Below, in pieces: positions 15,026-33,441 of a stretch of 64,000 bases of DNA. The notes beneath the pieces are model-generated. The model made no database searches. It was not told the DNA's origin and saw nothing but the letters and a program-made list of their open reading frames with translations. This stretch comes from the human T2T-CHM13v2.0 reference genome, Homo sapiens. Location: the NCBI RefSeq assembly GCF_009914755.1, contig NC_060929.1. One strand, 5' to 3'. Both the position numbers and the translations under genes were made by a program. The first letter of the stretch is position 1; each line of letters opens with the position of its first letter.

Positions 15026-16040
15026 ATGGGGAAAAAACAGAGCAGAAAAACTGGAAACTCTAAAAAGCAGAGTGCCTCTCCTCCTCCAAAGGAGCACAGC
15101 TCCTCACCAGCAATGGAACAAAGCTGGATGGAGATGACTTTAACAAGTTGACAGAAGAAGACTGCAGATGATCAAACTACTTGAGCTAAAGGAGGAAGTT
15201 TGCACCCATGGCAAAGAAGTTAAAAACCTTGAAAAAAAAATTAGATGAACGTCTAACTAGAAAACCACTGCAGAGAAGTCCTTAAAGGACCTGACGGAGC
15301 TGAAAACCATGACAAGAGAACTACGTGATGAATGCACAAGCCTCAGTAGCCAATTCGATCAACTGGAAGAAAGGGTATCAGTGATGGAAGATCAAATGAA
15401 TGAAATGAAGTGAGAAGAGAAGTTTAGAGATAAAAGAACAAAAAGAAATGAACAACGCCTCCAAGAAATATGGGACTATGTGAAAAGACCAAATCTATGT
15501 CTGATTGGTGTACCTGAAAGTGATGGGGAGAAAGGAACCAAGTTGGAAAACACTCAGCAGGATATTTTCCAGGAGAACTTCCCCAATCTAGCAAGGCAGG
15601 CCAACATTCAAATTCAGGAAATACAGAGAATGCCACAAAGATAGTCCTCGAGAAGAGCAACTCCAAGACACATAATTGTCAGATTCACCAAAGTAGAAAT
15701 AAGGAAAAAATGTTAAGGGCAGCCACAGAGAAAGGTCAGGTTACCCACAAAGGGAAGCCCATCAGACTAACAGCGGATCTCTCAGCAGAAACTCTACAAG
15801 CCAGAAGAGAGCGGGGGCCAATATTCAACATTCTTAAAGAAAAGAATTTTCAACACAGAATTTCGTATCCAGCCAAACTAAGCTTCATAAGTGAAGGAGA
15901 AATAAAAATCCTTTACAGACAAGCAAATGCTGAGAGATTTTGTCACCACCAGGCCTGCCCTAAAAGAGCTCCTGAAGGAAGCACTAAATGTGGAAAGGAA
16001 CAACCGGTACCAGCCACTGCAAAAACATGCCTAATTGTAA
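15026..16040 (+). pseudogene. L1 ORF1p, disrupted
   Basis: ATG GGG AAA AAA CAG at 15026; ORF-track fragment MLRAATEKGQVTHKGKPIRLTADLSAETLQARR; frameshifts and stops. Confidence 0.9.
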
Positions 16041-16103
16041 AGACCATCGATGCTATGAAGAAACGGCATAAACTAATGAGCAAAATAACCAGCTAACATC
16101 ATA

Positions 16104-19934
<3,831 letters not shown>

Positions 19935-20154
19935 ACAATGAGAACACATGGACACAGGAAGGGGAACATCACACACCGGTGCCTGTTGTGGGGTGAAGGG
20001 AGGGGGAAGTGATAGCATTAGAAGATATACCTAATGCTAAATGACCAGTTAATGGGTGCAGCACACCAACATGGCACATGTATACATATGTAACAAACCT
20101 GCGCATTGTGCACGTGTATCCTAAAACTTAAAGTATAATAATAATAAAATTTTT

Positions 20155-20885
20155 AAAAAAAGCTTATCGTCATTAGAGAAATGCAAATCATGTCAGTTAG
20201 AATGGTGATCATTAAAAAGTCAGGAAACAGCAGATGCTGGAGAGGATGTGGAGAAATAGGAATGCTTTTACCCTGTTGGTAGAAGTGTGAATTAGTTCAA
20301 CCATTGTGAAAGACAGAGTGGCATTTCCTCAAGGATGGAGAACCACAAATACCATTTGACCCCACAATCCCATTACCAGATATATACCTAAAGGATTATA
20401 GATCTTTCTACTGTAAAGACACTTGCACACATATGTTTATTGCAGCTCTATTCACAACAACAAAAACTTGGAACCAACTCAAATGTCCATCAATGATAGA
20501 CTGGATAAAGAAAATGTGGCACACATACACCATGGAATATCAGGCTGCCATAAAAAAAGGATGAGTTCATGTCCTTTGCAGGGATATGGGTGAAGCTGGA
20601 AACCATAATTCTTAGCAAAGTAACACAGGAACAGAAAACTAAACATCGCATGATCTCACTCGTAAGTGGGAGTTCAACAATGAGATTACGTGGACACAAG
20701 GAGGGGAACATCACACAGTGGAACATGAACTTCAGGGGGTGGAGGGCTAGGGGAGGGATAACATTAGGAGAAATACCTAATGTAGATGACAGGATGATGG
20801 GTGCAGCAAACCACCATGGCACATGTATACCTATGTAACAAACCTGCACGTTCTGCCCATGTATCCCAGCACTTAAAGAATAATT
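20155..20885 (+). mobile_element. 5'-truncated older L1 (L1PA7-like) 3' end directly abutting the L1PA4 tail
   Basis: gtcattagagaaatgcaaatc...ggagaaatacctaatgtagatgac...gcagcaaaccaccatggcacatgtatacctatgtaacaaacctgcacgttctg. Confidence 0.85.
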
Positions 20886-23255
20886 TTTTTAAAAGATGGA
20901 AAGTTGGAGTAATCAGAATCTAAAGACTTTTAAATGTCCTTAAATGCTAAAAATTTGAACTTTATTAGCAAGTCATTTTTAAAGTCATTAAATGGTTGAC
21001 TTGAAGTGACATTATCAAAATAATGAGAACTTTACCCATAAGAGAGCTAACAGAACTCTAGCAATAATGGGTTGAATGAATTGGAGGACTGAAAACTTAG
21101 GAGCAAAGGAACCAGCAAGAATACTATCATAAGAGTCCAGTGAAAAAAATGTTGAGTGTCTACACTTGAGCAATTGGGATGAAAATAAGAAAAATAAAGA
21201 TTTCAAGATATTATAGAAATAAAGGAGTCAATATGGTGGGCTAATGAAGATAATTCTAAAGTTTTCAACCCAAAGACCTGGAAGAGTAGTAATACTGTTA
21301 AAACCGTAGGGGCTGCAGAAGAAGCTCTATTTGGAAAACAAAAAACAAAAAAAATGACTTTTGTTTTGTTTGGATTGGATACTAAGTCAACTATATAGAG
21401 ATATTCACTGGTTAGCTAGTATCTTTCCTGATTTAAAAAAAAAAAATATATATATATATATATATAAATTGTGAAATTAGTTTGGATCTCAGGAACGGAT
21501 AGCATTCCAAGAATGTGGCAAGGGGCCAAGGTACAGATGTGCTAACTCAGGAGTAGCCAAGTTGTCTGATAAATTAAGGATACTAGCAAAAGAATCTTGA
21601 GAATTTAGATACTAGAGAAGTATCTACATTTACAAGGCAATTGGAAATGACTAAGAAAGAACGTATACTGTTGAAAACCACAAGAATTTCATGTCAAAAA
21701 ATGAAGGTGCCAAGGTTATAAATAACAAAGTCATCTTGATCTTGGTCAGGATAAAGACTCAGGGTGGAAAGATGGTGCCGGGAGTCAACGCTTCACAGAA
21801 TGCTAAATGTTGTGCAGGGGGTATGATGGCAGAGCCTAACCTGAAGAGATGCCCTTCTAAGACAGGATTTATGGGAAAGAAATAAATGAACAAAGGGGTG
21901 TGTATGACCTGGGATTTGGAGTTAGACTGAAGGAGAGTGTTCAGTCTTCAACTGACCCTAAGGTAGGAGTGGAGGAGAGGGGCAGCTTCCACTTGAGTTA
22001 GGAGTTACTTAGAGAAGGCCAAGGCCAGTAAGTGAGGCAGATGGCACATTCTGCAAAAGGCTTAGGATGGAACGGTGTCCATTGACCATAGACTGGTTCC
22101 CAGTGGAAAGGCTGGTAGAGACGCAGTGTGCAGTGGGTATGGGGTGAAGATGGCACAGGTAGCAGGAGGGATTCCACTGAGTGAACCAGAGAGTGGAAGA
22201 GAGGATTCCTCAAGGGTTTGCACTAAGGACAATGATGTGGACCCATGATGAATGGGATAGAGGTGGAAGTGACACAATATTGAGGGCATGGGTGCTGGTC
22301 TTCCCATTGGACTGGGGCAGCCTGGCCACCAGGGTCCATATCCCCACTGCCTGGCCTTCTGACAGAGCTGGGCTTAGTCTGAGACTTGGGACTGTTCAGA
22401 GTTTTCTCCCAGGCACTCAGTACCTTGCTGGAAGTGAAGCCTTCCGCATCTTCTGGGTCCAAGGCTAGATTTCCCTCCCATTGGCACCCTGTACTTCTCT
22501 AATAAACAACTTCTCACACCACTGAGATGCCATTTAGATCACTCATATTGTCCATAGTCTTAGTCCTCCATGGGGGCTTAAGAAGCCTTGTTCACCCACG
22601 GGTCCCTGAGATGTGTCCAATGCCTGGCCCATGGCAGGCTCTTGATGGAGTTTCTTATAATGCACAGGACCTGCCCTCAGGAGGCTCACAATCTCCTTTC
22701 CCTTTTGGTTTCTCAGTCCTTAAAACTATTCACAATCAGAGGACAGAGGGTGGGAGAACAGGAGCTACCCAGCTGAGAGAACCCCATTGGCAGTGAGCTA
22801 TCAGTTATCTGACAAGCAATACCAGTGTCCCTGGAAGTGATGGAGAAATGATTGCCTGAGAGCAAAATTCCAAATTCTGCAATTAGGGCTAACTGGCTGT
22901 TCCTTCCTCCCTCTTCCACCCTGGCCTTTATTATCACAGCTGCAGAGAGAGTCCCTCTCATTGTCCTGGTAGGCATCTCCATGCCAGGGCACATGCTGCT
23001 TCTCCCTTTACCTCATATTTTCCCAGAGCTGCACTGTCTTGTAGCAGATATGAGTCTTGCCGAATCTGGGACTAAGATCCAAAAACTGTCACAAGGGACC
23101 TCATAGATCAACTCTTCTAAACTCTACATTTTACAAATAAGGAACTGAGCCCCTAGGAGGAGATGACTTCCCCAAGACCACGTGGCCAACATTAGCCTCA
23201 CCTGGCAGAGTCATTCCTTCCCGCTCCATTCCCTGCCACCTGTAGCTGGGTCCTA

Positions 23256-23414
<159 letters not shown>

Positions 23415-25689
23415 TTAGCAAAGTCCAGGCCTCGCCACTGCCTCTGGCTGGGCAGAGTGACAGAAGCCTCACTGAGAAGGAAATTTACAGCCTTCTCTGT
23501 CAGGAAACCTCTCAGAATTTCCAATTTTTCTCTATGCCAACTGTGTGCCTGGCATATTTATAACTTACTTATCTAGTCCTGAGGACATCTGGTTTCTCCA
23601 GCCTAGACAATAATCTTAAATATATCACCATTTCCCAAGATGTTTTGATCTTTCTGAAGCCCTCTTCCATCCATAAAAGAAGTCCAATTTCTCTATACTC
23701 TCTTTTTTGAACCAACATTATATACCATATTATTTTATGTAGAATTTTCCATATTCCCTTGACCCTCACATTTAATGTTCTCCTCTTTGGTCTAAACATT
23801 GATTTTGTTGCTTCTGTCTTGAATGAGATTTTCAGCACTTGATCCTTAATGATTCTTACCAGTAATGGGTATGGTCTCCTTGATTCACAGGTTAGTATCC
23901 ACTAACACCTAATGAGGTTCTTAGGATGGGTGCAGTGAAGTGCTGTCTCCTGAGTGGTCCCCAAGGGACGTACAAACTCTTGTAGCCACACTTGAGCTCT
24001 CAAAGCTTGCACAACAGTGGGAAGAGCACTTAGCTGGGGGCCTGGAGACCTGGGTTATAGTCCTGACTCTTCAATCCCCACCCCTCAACTCCCCCAACCC
24101 CTCACCCCCATCTGCCTGGTAACCTGCCTGTGAGTGAATCTCACAGCCTGTTTCCTCCTCTTTTAACTGGGAGGATTGGATAAGATGGTCTTTAAATTCC
24201 ATCCCAGCTTCAAAAAACACTAATTCTCATGAGTCCACATGTTCAGTAAATGGGGGATTCTGGAAGTTACCTGTGAGTCGTGAATGAAAAGAATGAGAGG
24301 CAAGAGGCTCGAAGGATGTGCAAAGGACAGCATGCAATGTGCAGAAAAAAAAAAAACGGTATTAGAATGTGGTTCCACCCTGGCTTCGAGGCTCCCTCCC
24401 CAGTCAAATTCTGGCACTTCCCCTAAGTGCTACATTAGGACTGAATTATTTTCATCAAAGACAGCAACCTGCAGATTCACAACCTCGTCTATGCCAAGAG
24501 TGTTGTTCTCCTATACACCCTGAAAGGTCTCCCATAGAGGGTACTCCTTATTTGACTTTTGGGAAAGGGAATCTCATCAAGCCAATAACTGAGGCCAGAA
24601 TAGACAATTCAGGGATGCATACACTTAACGTGGCCACTTTCTTGCAGCCTCCACCGAGCCAAGGTACAGGATCCCTCTTTCTTGCCCTGTATTCAGATTC
24701 CCAGTATGTGGATGAAGGTGGGAGCAATTCCTTTCAGTTCTCTTGAACCTCGGGTCAAGAAGGAGACCTGTCTACGTCCCAGCTCTTTACTCCACATTAG
24801 GAAAAACTTGCTCTGTCTAAAGCTACACAGTCTTCCTCTGCTTCCACTGGCACCTAAGCAGAGGTTCCCTGGAACTCCAGACGGTGGCACACCCTGCGCT
24901 TAGAGACTTCCATCTCCGTTCTTGCCAGGCACACACAAGGAGCATGTTCCAATTCTCATCCAACAGGGACACCTGCAGCCAAGACTGTGCCCTTCCTGGC
25001 AGCTTTAGCTTTCTAATAACTGGCGTTTGCTTATTACTATTTTGTTACCTGACCTCAAGCTGACAATTCCCAGAGCTCGTTCCCAGCTTCAGCACTAACT
25101 GTCCCCTCATTAACAGCCAGAATCCTGAGTCACAGACAAGACCACCAATTCACTCATCTAGCCATGTCCTGCTGTCTTACTAATCCTTGCCTGAGCCATT
25201 CTCTTGCCCTGACCATATTCTGATAGTGGCATGCGCCCCATCCCCACCCCAACCCCTATGGAAGCAGGAACTGGTGTCAACGACATGCCCTTCTCATTCT
25301 CTAAACCCACCTCAGAGTCTTGATCCTTCCCAGGACCACCATCATCTTTCCTGACCCTTGACCTTGCTTCATGATACTTGCCCAATGGCTGTCCCCAGCC
25401 ACTCACCTCCCATTCTCATTTCCCATGACATCTCCCCTACCTTGTCCACCTTATTCATTTTGCTCTGGTTTTTCCCTGCCATCCATGACAGTAAGTGAGA
25501 ATGAAGAGAAACAGAGACTAAAAACCAGTCATGGAGAGAAAGTGAGATCCAGCTCCTGGATCTGGGACAGATCCCCAGTGGGACCCTCTTTGCACACCTT
25601 CAGAATAATATTAAAGGCATCAGTGGTGCCCCCACTAGGTAGTAAGCATGTGTCCAGTTCCCACAAAAACCCCTTGAGTTGAACTGAAA

Positions 25690-26300
25690 ACAGGAACTCA
25701 AACAAATGCACATATACCCATGTTTATAGCAGCATTATTCACAACAGCCAAAAGGTAGAAACAAACCAAATGTCCACCTATGGATAAAGGGATAAGCAAA
25801 TTGTGGTATAGCCATACAGTGAAACATTCTTCAGCCATAAAAAGGAACACAGTACTGATAGATACCACAATGTGGACAAACCTTGGCCATGTTATGCTAA
25901 GTACAAGAAGCCAGACACAAAATGTCACACATTGTACGATTTCATTTATGTGAAATATTCAGAATAGGCAAATTCATAGAGACAGAAAGCAAATTAGAGG
26001 TTGCAAGGGGCTGGGGTGGGAGGGCCAGTGGGGAGTGACTGCTTAATGAATGTAAAGTTTCCTTCAGGGGTAATAAAAATGTTTTGGAACTTGACATAGA
26101 CGGTGGTTTATCAACATTGTGAATGTAATATACACTTTAAAATTGCTAATTTATGTTATGTGTATTCATCTCAATAAAATAAAACCCATGCACAGATGTT
26201 ACTAGCTAGATTTAGTCATTCCACAATTATACATACTTCAAAACATCATGTTATACAAGGTAAATACATACAACTTTATCTGTCAACTTAAAAAAAAAAA
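25690..26300 (+). mobile_element. L1MB-type 3' end followed by a short L1MA-type 3' end
   Basis: atgtttatagcagcattattcacaacagccaaaaggtagaaacaaaccaaatgtcc...ctcaataaaataaaa, then ccacaattatacatacttcaaaacatcatgttatac...tgtcaacttaaaaaaaa. Confidence 0.8.
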
Positions 26301-27269
26301 TTTAAAGTGTGCTGGGCACGTAGTCATCCTGGTAAATTAGCAAAGGTTAAAAAAGAAAAACAAGCCTATGAGCTAGTTACTACTATTATTGGTATTTCAC
26401 AGATAAAGAAATTAGGATGCAGAGAAATCAGGTAACTTGCCCAAGTCGCACGGAAACATGACTCACAGTAATCCACACGCTGTTAGAACTGTATGACCCT
26501 TGAAGATTCTCTAGTGCAACCTCATTTTGCAAACTTGGAAACTAAGGCTTGGGTTGGCAAAGTGACTTGCTCAAAAGTCCTGGCCAAGACCAAAACAGAC
26601 GGCTTCTGATTCCTAAGGGCTCTTTCTGCTTCATCATGTTTGTGGTTTGTGAAATAACATATAAGAATCTCAAAGCACAGTTTGATGGTGCTTTCTCATA
26701 GGAAAGTGGGATCGAGTCCAGGAAGGCAAGAAACTGCCAGCCCAGTACCTCAGGCTGTCCCACCTCTTGAGGCTGACCCTACCCAGCGATGATGTTGGCA
26801 GTTTATTTCTGGAGTCTAATAAATTCAAGGGGAAAAAAGTCCATTCTCTCCTGCTAGCCTACCGTGAAACTTGAAATGCCCATAGTAAGCATCCCTTTTA
26901 ATCATTGAATCACCCACTTCACCAACCACTAGCTAACTGTATTGTGTACTCTTTTCGAGGCACTATGCTGGAATAGAGTGTGGGAGTGTGAGGAATTACT
27001 CAGAGGAGCAAGCCCTTGAATAGCCTAGAGTCTTCATTAGTTTGAATCCTGATCTCCTGTATTTAAGCAGAAGGGAAAAGTTTATTAAGCACCGGGGCTT
27101 TTAAGGAAGGCAGGATTGCACAGGATCTCAAGTGCATAAGGGAGATGCTCAGCTTTGAAGTTTCAATAAAGGCGCCAGGCACCAGGGCAAGAGTCAGTCC
27201 CCAAACATATGTCACCGACTTCATAGCAGTGCACAAAGTGTCTCTGCCTGTAGAAGACTCTGTCTGAAC

Positions 27270-27540
27270 CTTAAAGATCCGGTGTGGTGACAACGGAGCG
27301 CATCCCTGTGCAAGGCGAAGAGGCTGCGCTCCCGACGCACTTGGCCGCAGCGCCACCACGTGTTCTCAGGCGTCTGCACATTTCCCCGGCCAGGCATGCG
27401 GTTCAGTCTCTGCCTTCCACACAGGTCTGCTAAGAGCTCAGGAAGCGCCACGCACTGTGCTAGGGGTAGGATGAAAGCAGGACCAAGACAACGCTTACAG
27501 CCTGGGGGCTGAGCAGGGGATGCAATCACAAGAGGACGGG
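27270..27540. promoter_or_regulatory. Small CpG-rich intronic element with candidate CTCF site and E-box
   Basis: Local CpG excess in AT-rich surroundings; minus strand 27363-27348 reads ACACGTGGTGGCGCTG (CTCF-core-like) and contains CACGTG at 27357-27362. Confidence 0.5.
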
Positions 27541-27912
27541 AGGCTTACCTGGCCTGGGAGTGGGGCTTTCTGAGGACCTCTCAGAGGAGGTGATGTCTAA
27601 ACTTTCATCCTAATGGAAGGTGGTAGTTATCGAGGCTGGGGACGTGGGGATAGAAGGATATTTTAGATAGCAGGTGTACCAACTACTCAGACTAAGGTGA
27701 GAGAGAAAACAATATAATTAGGAAAGTACAAGTATTTCAGTATGGTTGGAGAACAGAGGTATGGGTGGCAGGGGGAGATGAACAGTAGTGAAGATTCGGA
27801 GGAAGTAGGGAAAGGGGAATTGTGGGTAAAGATGAAACTGACCAGGCGGGCAGCCATCAGATCCCAAAGAGCCTGGGGTGCCAGGGTGGGATTTGGATTT
27901 TCTCCTGAGAGC

Positions 27913-28065
27913 AACAGGAGACCGCAAAGTTTTCTTAAAAAGGGAAAAATTCTTCTTAAAAAAGGAAAAAGTCTTCTTAAAAGGGGAAGAAGTCTTCTTA
28001 AAAAACAGGAGACCACAAAAAAGGGAAAAAGTCTTCTTAAAAAACAGGAGACCACAAAGTCTTCT
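27913..28065 (+). repeat. Composite minisatellite (21-bp unit aaaaagggaaaaagtcttctt plus aacaggagaccacaaa units)
   Basis: ttctt ends at 27936, 27957, 27978, 27999 (period 21) and 28038; aacaggagacc(g/a)caaa occurs three times. Confidence 0.9.
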
Positions 28066-28456
<391 letters not shown>

Positions 28457-30200
28457 CTATGCTGCCTGGACCGTGTGGACGGAGAGAGAAGAAGAGATAG
28501 GAGATGGCTAGTGGCAGAACGTGCAGTTTGAGGGAGAGGGCGGACTCGGGGCTGGCATCCAGAGCTGTTGCTTGCGCTCTCCACTCTCACCCTCCAGTGG
28601 CTGGCAGCAAGGGAGGATATTCACAGAAGCCTGGAGATTTGGGGCAGAGGCAGAGTGTAGCTACGGTAGCAATGGTCCCATTAAGGCTGTCTCATTCCAC
28701 TGTCCTCCCGGTGCACAACCAACTGCCACGCCAAACTCTCTGCCTGCCTGGATTTTGCGAATTATTGTAGGAAGGATGTGGAAAGCTGTAAATGCATGGG
28801 GTCTGTATCTTCATGGTTCCCTCCGTAAGGTTCAGAGACAGATTTAAGAGGACCCTTGGAAGAGGGAACTGCTCTAGCCCTAGCCTGCATCTATTGACTT
28901 GTCTTTGGTGCTCCCTGGTGGCAGTAAGCTGAATTACATCTCTCTTCCTTTCTCTGTTCCTCTCCATCTGCAGCCAACTACCTGCAAACACAGAAGGGGA
29001 TCTTATTGCTAAAGAGGCAACCCTAGAGATCGTTGATCCAGACACTATAAGGCACCAACGCTTTTACATCCTCTTTGTTGCAAAATCCAATGGAAACTTC
29101 TCACCTCACCCTCAAGAAACTCTCCCTCCTTTGACTTCTCTGACCGTACATTCCTGGTTTTCCTTTTTCAGGGAAAAGACCGTTCCTTGAAAGGGAACCG
29201 AAGCAGGTTTAGTCAGCTCGGATGAACTTAAGAGAAGAGCAGGGTTAGCCTGCGTTAAAGTGGAGAGGGAAGGACAGAATCAGGTAAATAGAAAGGGACA
29301 GCAAATGTGGTGTAGATGACAGAGGCGAGATGTGCTTGAGGAGGGGAAAGGAGGCTTCCCCGCTGGCAGGGATGTGCAGTCGCGATGGCTGGACCAGATT
29401 TTGCCTGGACAGTCTTCCTTTGCACCACACTGCTTGAGACAGCACGTACTGTGAGGAAGCTGTCCTGTTGAGGAAGTCCTGCAGGTCCAGCCTTGTGACA
29501 ACAGCAGCCGTCTGCAGTCCAATTGTTCCGAGCCTCTGTCCCACCTCTTGATGCTGTTAAGCCCATTTTCCCCATAGCCAGACCATGTCATGATTTTTAA
29601 CATTTTTAGGCATTTCTGTAATTCTTAGATACCTGTGCCATTACATTAGCTATTTTCAATAGCAAGGAACCTGGGGTTGCTATAATGATTCCATGTGCTT
29701 TGAAAACATTTTACTATGGGGAGAGAAGAAAGGAGAAAGGTATACAGTAGGCAGCTGTTGATGAGGCTTGTAGGGCATCAAGCTAGTTCCGAGAAGGTGG
29801 AAAACATTTGCCTTCTTTTAAATTCTCATCCAAGACAAAACATTCCCTATTTCTTCTAGCTCGGGCTTGATCCTGAGCACTGAGACCAGTCCCCCATAGG
29901 GATGGGGAACTTGATGTGGCTTTTGCTCTTTATCTCTGTACTTGGAAACTGGGTATAAGATTGAAATTTTGATTAAGACTTGGTGGACCTTTCAATACTT
30001 GAAATGTCATCCAGGTATGAGAAGAGATATACAACAGACCATGTCTGAAGGCAATTAATGGAAAAAATTAAACCATCTGCACTGGCTTTAGTCCATTCAA
30101 TAAACTAGCTATTACTACACGGTAGATGGCAAAAACCCATAGTTCCTCAATAAGTTTCCCCTTGGAAAATGCCCTTCTAAAATAAATATTGCATTCCAGA

Positions 30201-30597
30201 GGTCTTAGTACAGTTGTGCTGCTAGAACAAAATACCATAGATGGGGTAATTTATAAACAAGAGAAATTTATTTCTCATTGTTTTGGAGGATGGGAAGTTC
30301 AAGATCAAGGTATCAGCTGATTTGGTGCCTGGCAAGGACTATTCTCTCGGCCTTTCAGATGGTACCTTGAACTATGGATCCTCCAGAGGGGATAAATGCT
30401 GTGTCTTCACATGGCAGAAGAGATGGAAGGGCAAAAAAGGGCTCAATAATTTGCAAAGCGACTTTTATTAACACCTTAATTTCATTCAGGAGGGATGAGT
30501 CCTTGTGACCTAACCAACTCCTGAAGACCACACCACTTAATACTATTGTATTGTGGATTCAGTTTCAACATGAATTTCAAACATTCAAACCATAGCA
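30201..30597 (-). mobile_element. MaLR LTR (MST/MLT1A-like)
   Basis: gtcttagt...gtgctgctagaacaaaataccatagatggggtaatttataaacaagagaaatttatttctca...aacattcaaaccatagca. Confidence 0.8.
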
Positions 30598-30860
30598 CTA
30601 GGTGTTGAGTATAGCCTAGCAGGCGGCTAGGAAGTGAATAAATAGTGATGTCCTCCCGAAGAGACTGAAATTGAAGACTCTGACAGTTTGAATACGTGGC
30701 TTCTGCAGTACACAGAAGCCTCAGATAAGAGTGTGTGTCAGTGTTGTTGACATCGTGAGAGTTACTTCACGGAGCCCATTTGAGTTTGAATCAACTGAAT
30801 GTGCCCTTAGTACCACAAGCTATGCAAGGCACTGTGCTAACTCTTCAGGTGATAATTATA

Positions 30861-31093
30861 GAGAAGTGCTTCTCAACTGGGTACAATCCCCCCCACCCCC
30901 AGGAGACATTTGATAATGCCTCCTGTGAGATATTTTTGGTTGTTGCAATGGAAGTAGGGTAGAGTGTTATTGGCATCTAATGGGTAGAGGCCAGGGATGC
31001 TGCTACACATTCTGCACAAGATACACAAGATGGCCCCTGGCAACAAAGAATTACCAGTCAGAGATGTCCGCAGTGCTGAAGTTGAGAAGCCCT
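30861..31093. mobile_element. MER20 hAT DNA transposon
   Basis: gtgcttctcaactggg...ggcatctaatgggtagaggccagggatgctgcta...cagtgctgaagttgagaagccctg. Confidence 0.85.
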
Positions 31094-31550
31094 GATATAG
31101 AGAAAGACCTGGGACCACCGTGGGTGCTGTTGAAAAACAAAGATGCCCACAGCACTCACCAAGCACAGTAAATTAGACTCTCTTGGTGTAGATGCTGCGG
31201 CTGGGCACTTTATTGTTTTTAGTTGGTTTTCCTGTATCCCTAAGTTTGAGAACATAAGCTACGGGAAATACAAGGTCACCCTCTAGTAAGAGGAGTAAGG
31301 CCTTATTATAACACAACACAGGGCAAGATAAAGGCATGAAGAGAAGAGGTAGTAAATACAGTTGTAACTATGCTGGGGGCCAAGTCCTTGTCTAAGGACT
31401 TTACATATATCCACACATTGCCTCATGTGGTGGATTCTATCAAATACTACTGCCCTATTACAGGAAGTCAGCAGAGACCTGAAGAACCCAGGTTACTTGT
31501 CTGAGAATGCGCTACCAGGGAGTAGCAGAGCCAGGGTTGAAAACAGTTCC

Positions 31551-31859
31551 TTTTTTTTTTTTTTTTTTTTTCTGAAACAGAGTCTCGCTCTGTTGCCCAG
31601 GCTGGAGTACAGTGGTGCGTTCTCAGCTCACTGCAACCTTGCAATCTCCGCCTCCCGGGTTCAAGCAATCCTCCTGCCTCAGCCTCCCGAGTAGCTAGGA
31701 ATACAGGCACCTGCCACCACACCCAGCTGATTTTTGTATTTTTAGTAGAGATGGGGTTTCACCATGTTGGCCAGGCTGGTCTCGAACTCCTGACCTCATG
31801 ATCCACCCACCTTGGCCTCACAATGCTGGGATTACAGGCGTAAGCCACCACGCCCGGCC
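31551..31859 (-). mobile_element. Alu (AluSg/Sx-like)
   Basis: Reverse Alu with long poly(T); TSD ttgaaaacagttc at 31537-31549 and 31860-31872. Confidence 0.95.
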
Positions 31860-33029
31860 TTGAAAACAGTTCTAAGTCACTGCATTCAACAGTTACACCA
31901 TGATGTTGCTTAAAACCGATAAATTGCTTTGGGGACTCAGAGAAGGTCCATGAAGTAAGAGATGCAGGAAGGGAAAAGCTTCAGGGAAAAGAATGCTTTG
32001 GAGTGCTGCTAGATTTCATACCAGCAGAGAGTGAGGACCGGAGTGCAGAGCAAATCTGGGCCACTCACAGTCCCTAAACATGACCCCTTCTCCCATCTTA
32101 GGTCCTTGCTTGGGTTTTCAAATCCTTAAGGCTCAGTGTAAATACCTTATGGTTAAGAAGAAAAATTTTACTTAGCCTCTTCCTCTTGCAGCAGCTATTT
32201 TTTTCTGTTTGTTTTAATTAAAATGATGTGTGAGGGTTTTTAAATCAAACTCAAAACTTCTGCACTGATTATCTTTTATACCATTTACTATTTTCCCACA
32301 ATTTATTTTAAAAACTTTTTCTAAAATGTATGAATATATGAAACATCTGGTTTTTGTTTGGATTGTCAACTTCCACATACCACATAAAGTATGACGGCAT
32401 TTCATCTACACTTAAGTGACATAGCATACTGTGGAAATAAGATGTCACCGAAGTCTGGCATCTTACCACATTTTCTCTGTATCAGAATACATTTTCTCGA
32501 AATGCTTAAAATGCATGTTGCAGCCACTCTCAATAGGCAGGTTTGTGTAGAGCCCATTTATGCTAAACCATAGTCTTTACTTCTTTCTATTGAGCTTTGA
32601 GATGTGAATTCAGTCCTTATTTTAATGTTTGTGATATGGTACATTTTAAAAATAATATTTTATAAATATCATTGTGATAAAGTGTTTACTTCATACATAT
32701 TCATATTTCACTTTATTCACTGAACCAGGGTTGGGGCTAGGGCTAAGTAAGAGAAAGGCACAATGTTTAAAGAGGCACACAGTCTCAGAATCGTGCAAAT
32801 GTCAACCATACACTTGCCCAAGCCTGAGAATGATTGTCTCCTTAAATGGTGCACCCTAAACACCTACCTTGCCCCACTCTAGTCTTGGTTCTGCATTAAT
32901 GCATGTTTATTAAACACCTATTATGTGCCATACAAGAGGAACGGATGAGACAGCCAAGCTTCCAACCCTTGGAAGTTTACATTCCTAGAAGTAGTTTTAA
33001 CTTGATTAAATTTGAATTACAGCTAATTT

Positions 33030-33441
33030 TTTAGACACTGCCACCTGGTTGAGACAAAGTCATTCTATTTCCCTTTTTCTCTGCCCTATTCCACTTTCTA
33101 CTGGGTAGGCACAGGAACCAGTTCTAGCCAAAGGGACCCAAAGGAAAGTGCTGAGAGCTCTGGAATATCTCTCTCATCTCTTTTGCCTTCCTTGTGCCTT
33201 GAGTGAGGATGTGATGTCCAGAGCTATGCCAGCCTCTATGCAATCATGAGGGAAGGGCCAAGGGAATCATATCCATGCCAACTTAGAGCCCTGACATCAT
33301 CGAGCTGCTGAACTAATGTTGGCAACTTCTTGACTTCACGATCCTGTCTTGTAAGAAACATAATCTCTTTGTATTATCTGTTTAATCTGTTGTTGGTCAG
33401 GTCTTCAGTCACTTGCTGTCAAAAATATTCCTAACTGATAC
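33030..33441 (+). mobile_element. MLT1J/K-like LTR fossil
   Basis: gatgtgatgtccagagcta...gccctgacatcatcgagctgctgaac...cacttgctgtcaaaaatattcctaactgatac. Confidence 0.6.
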
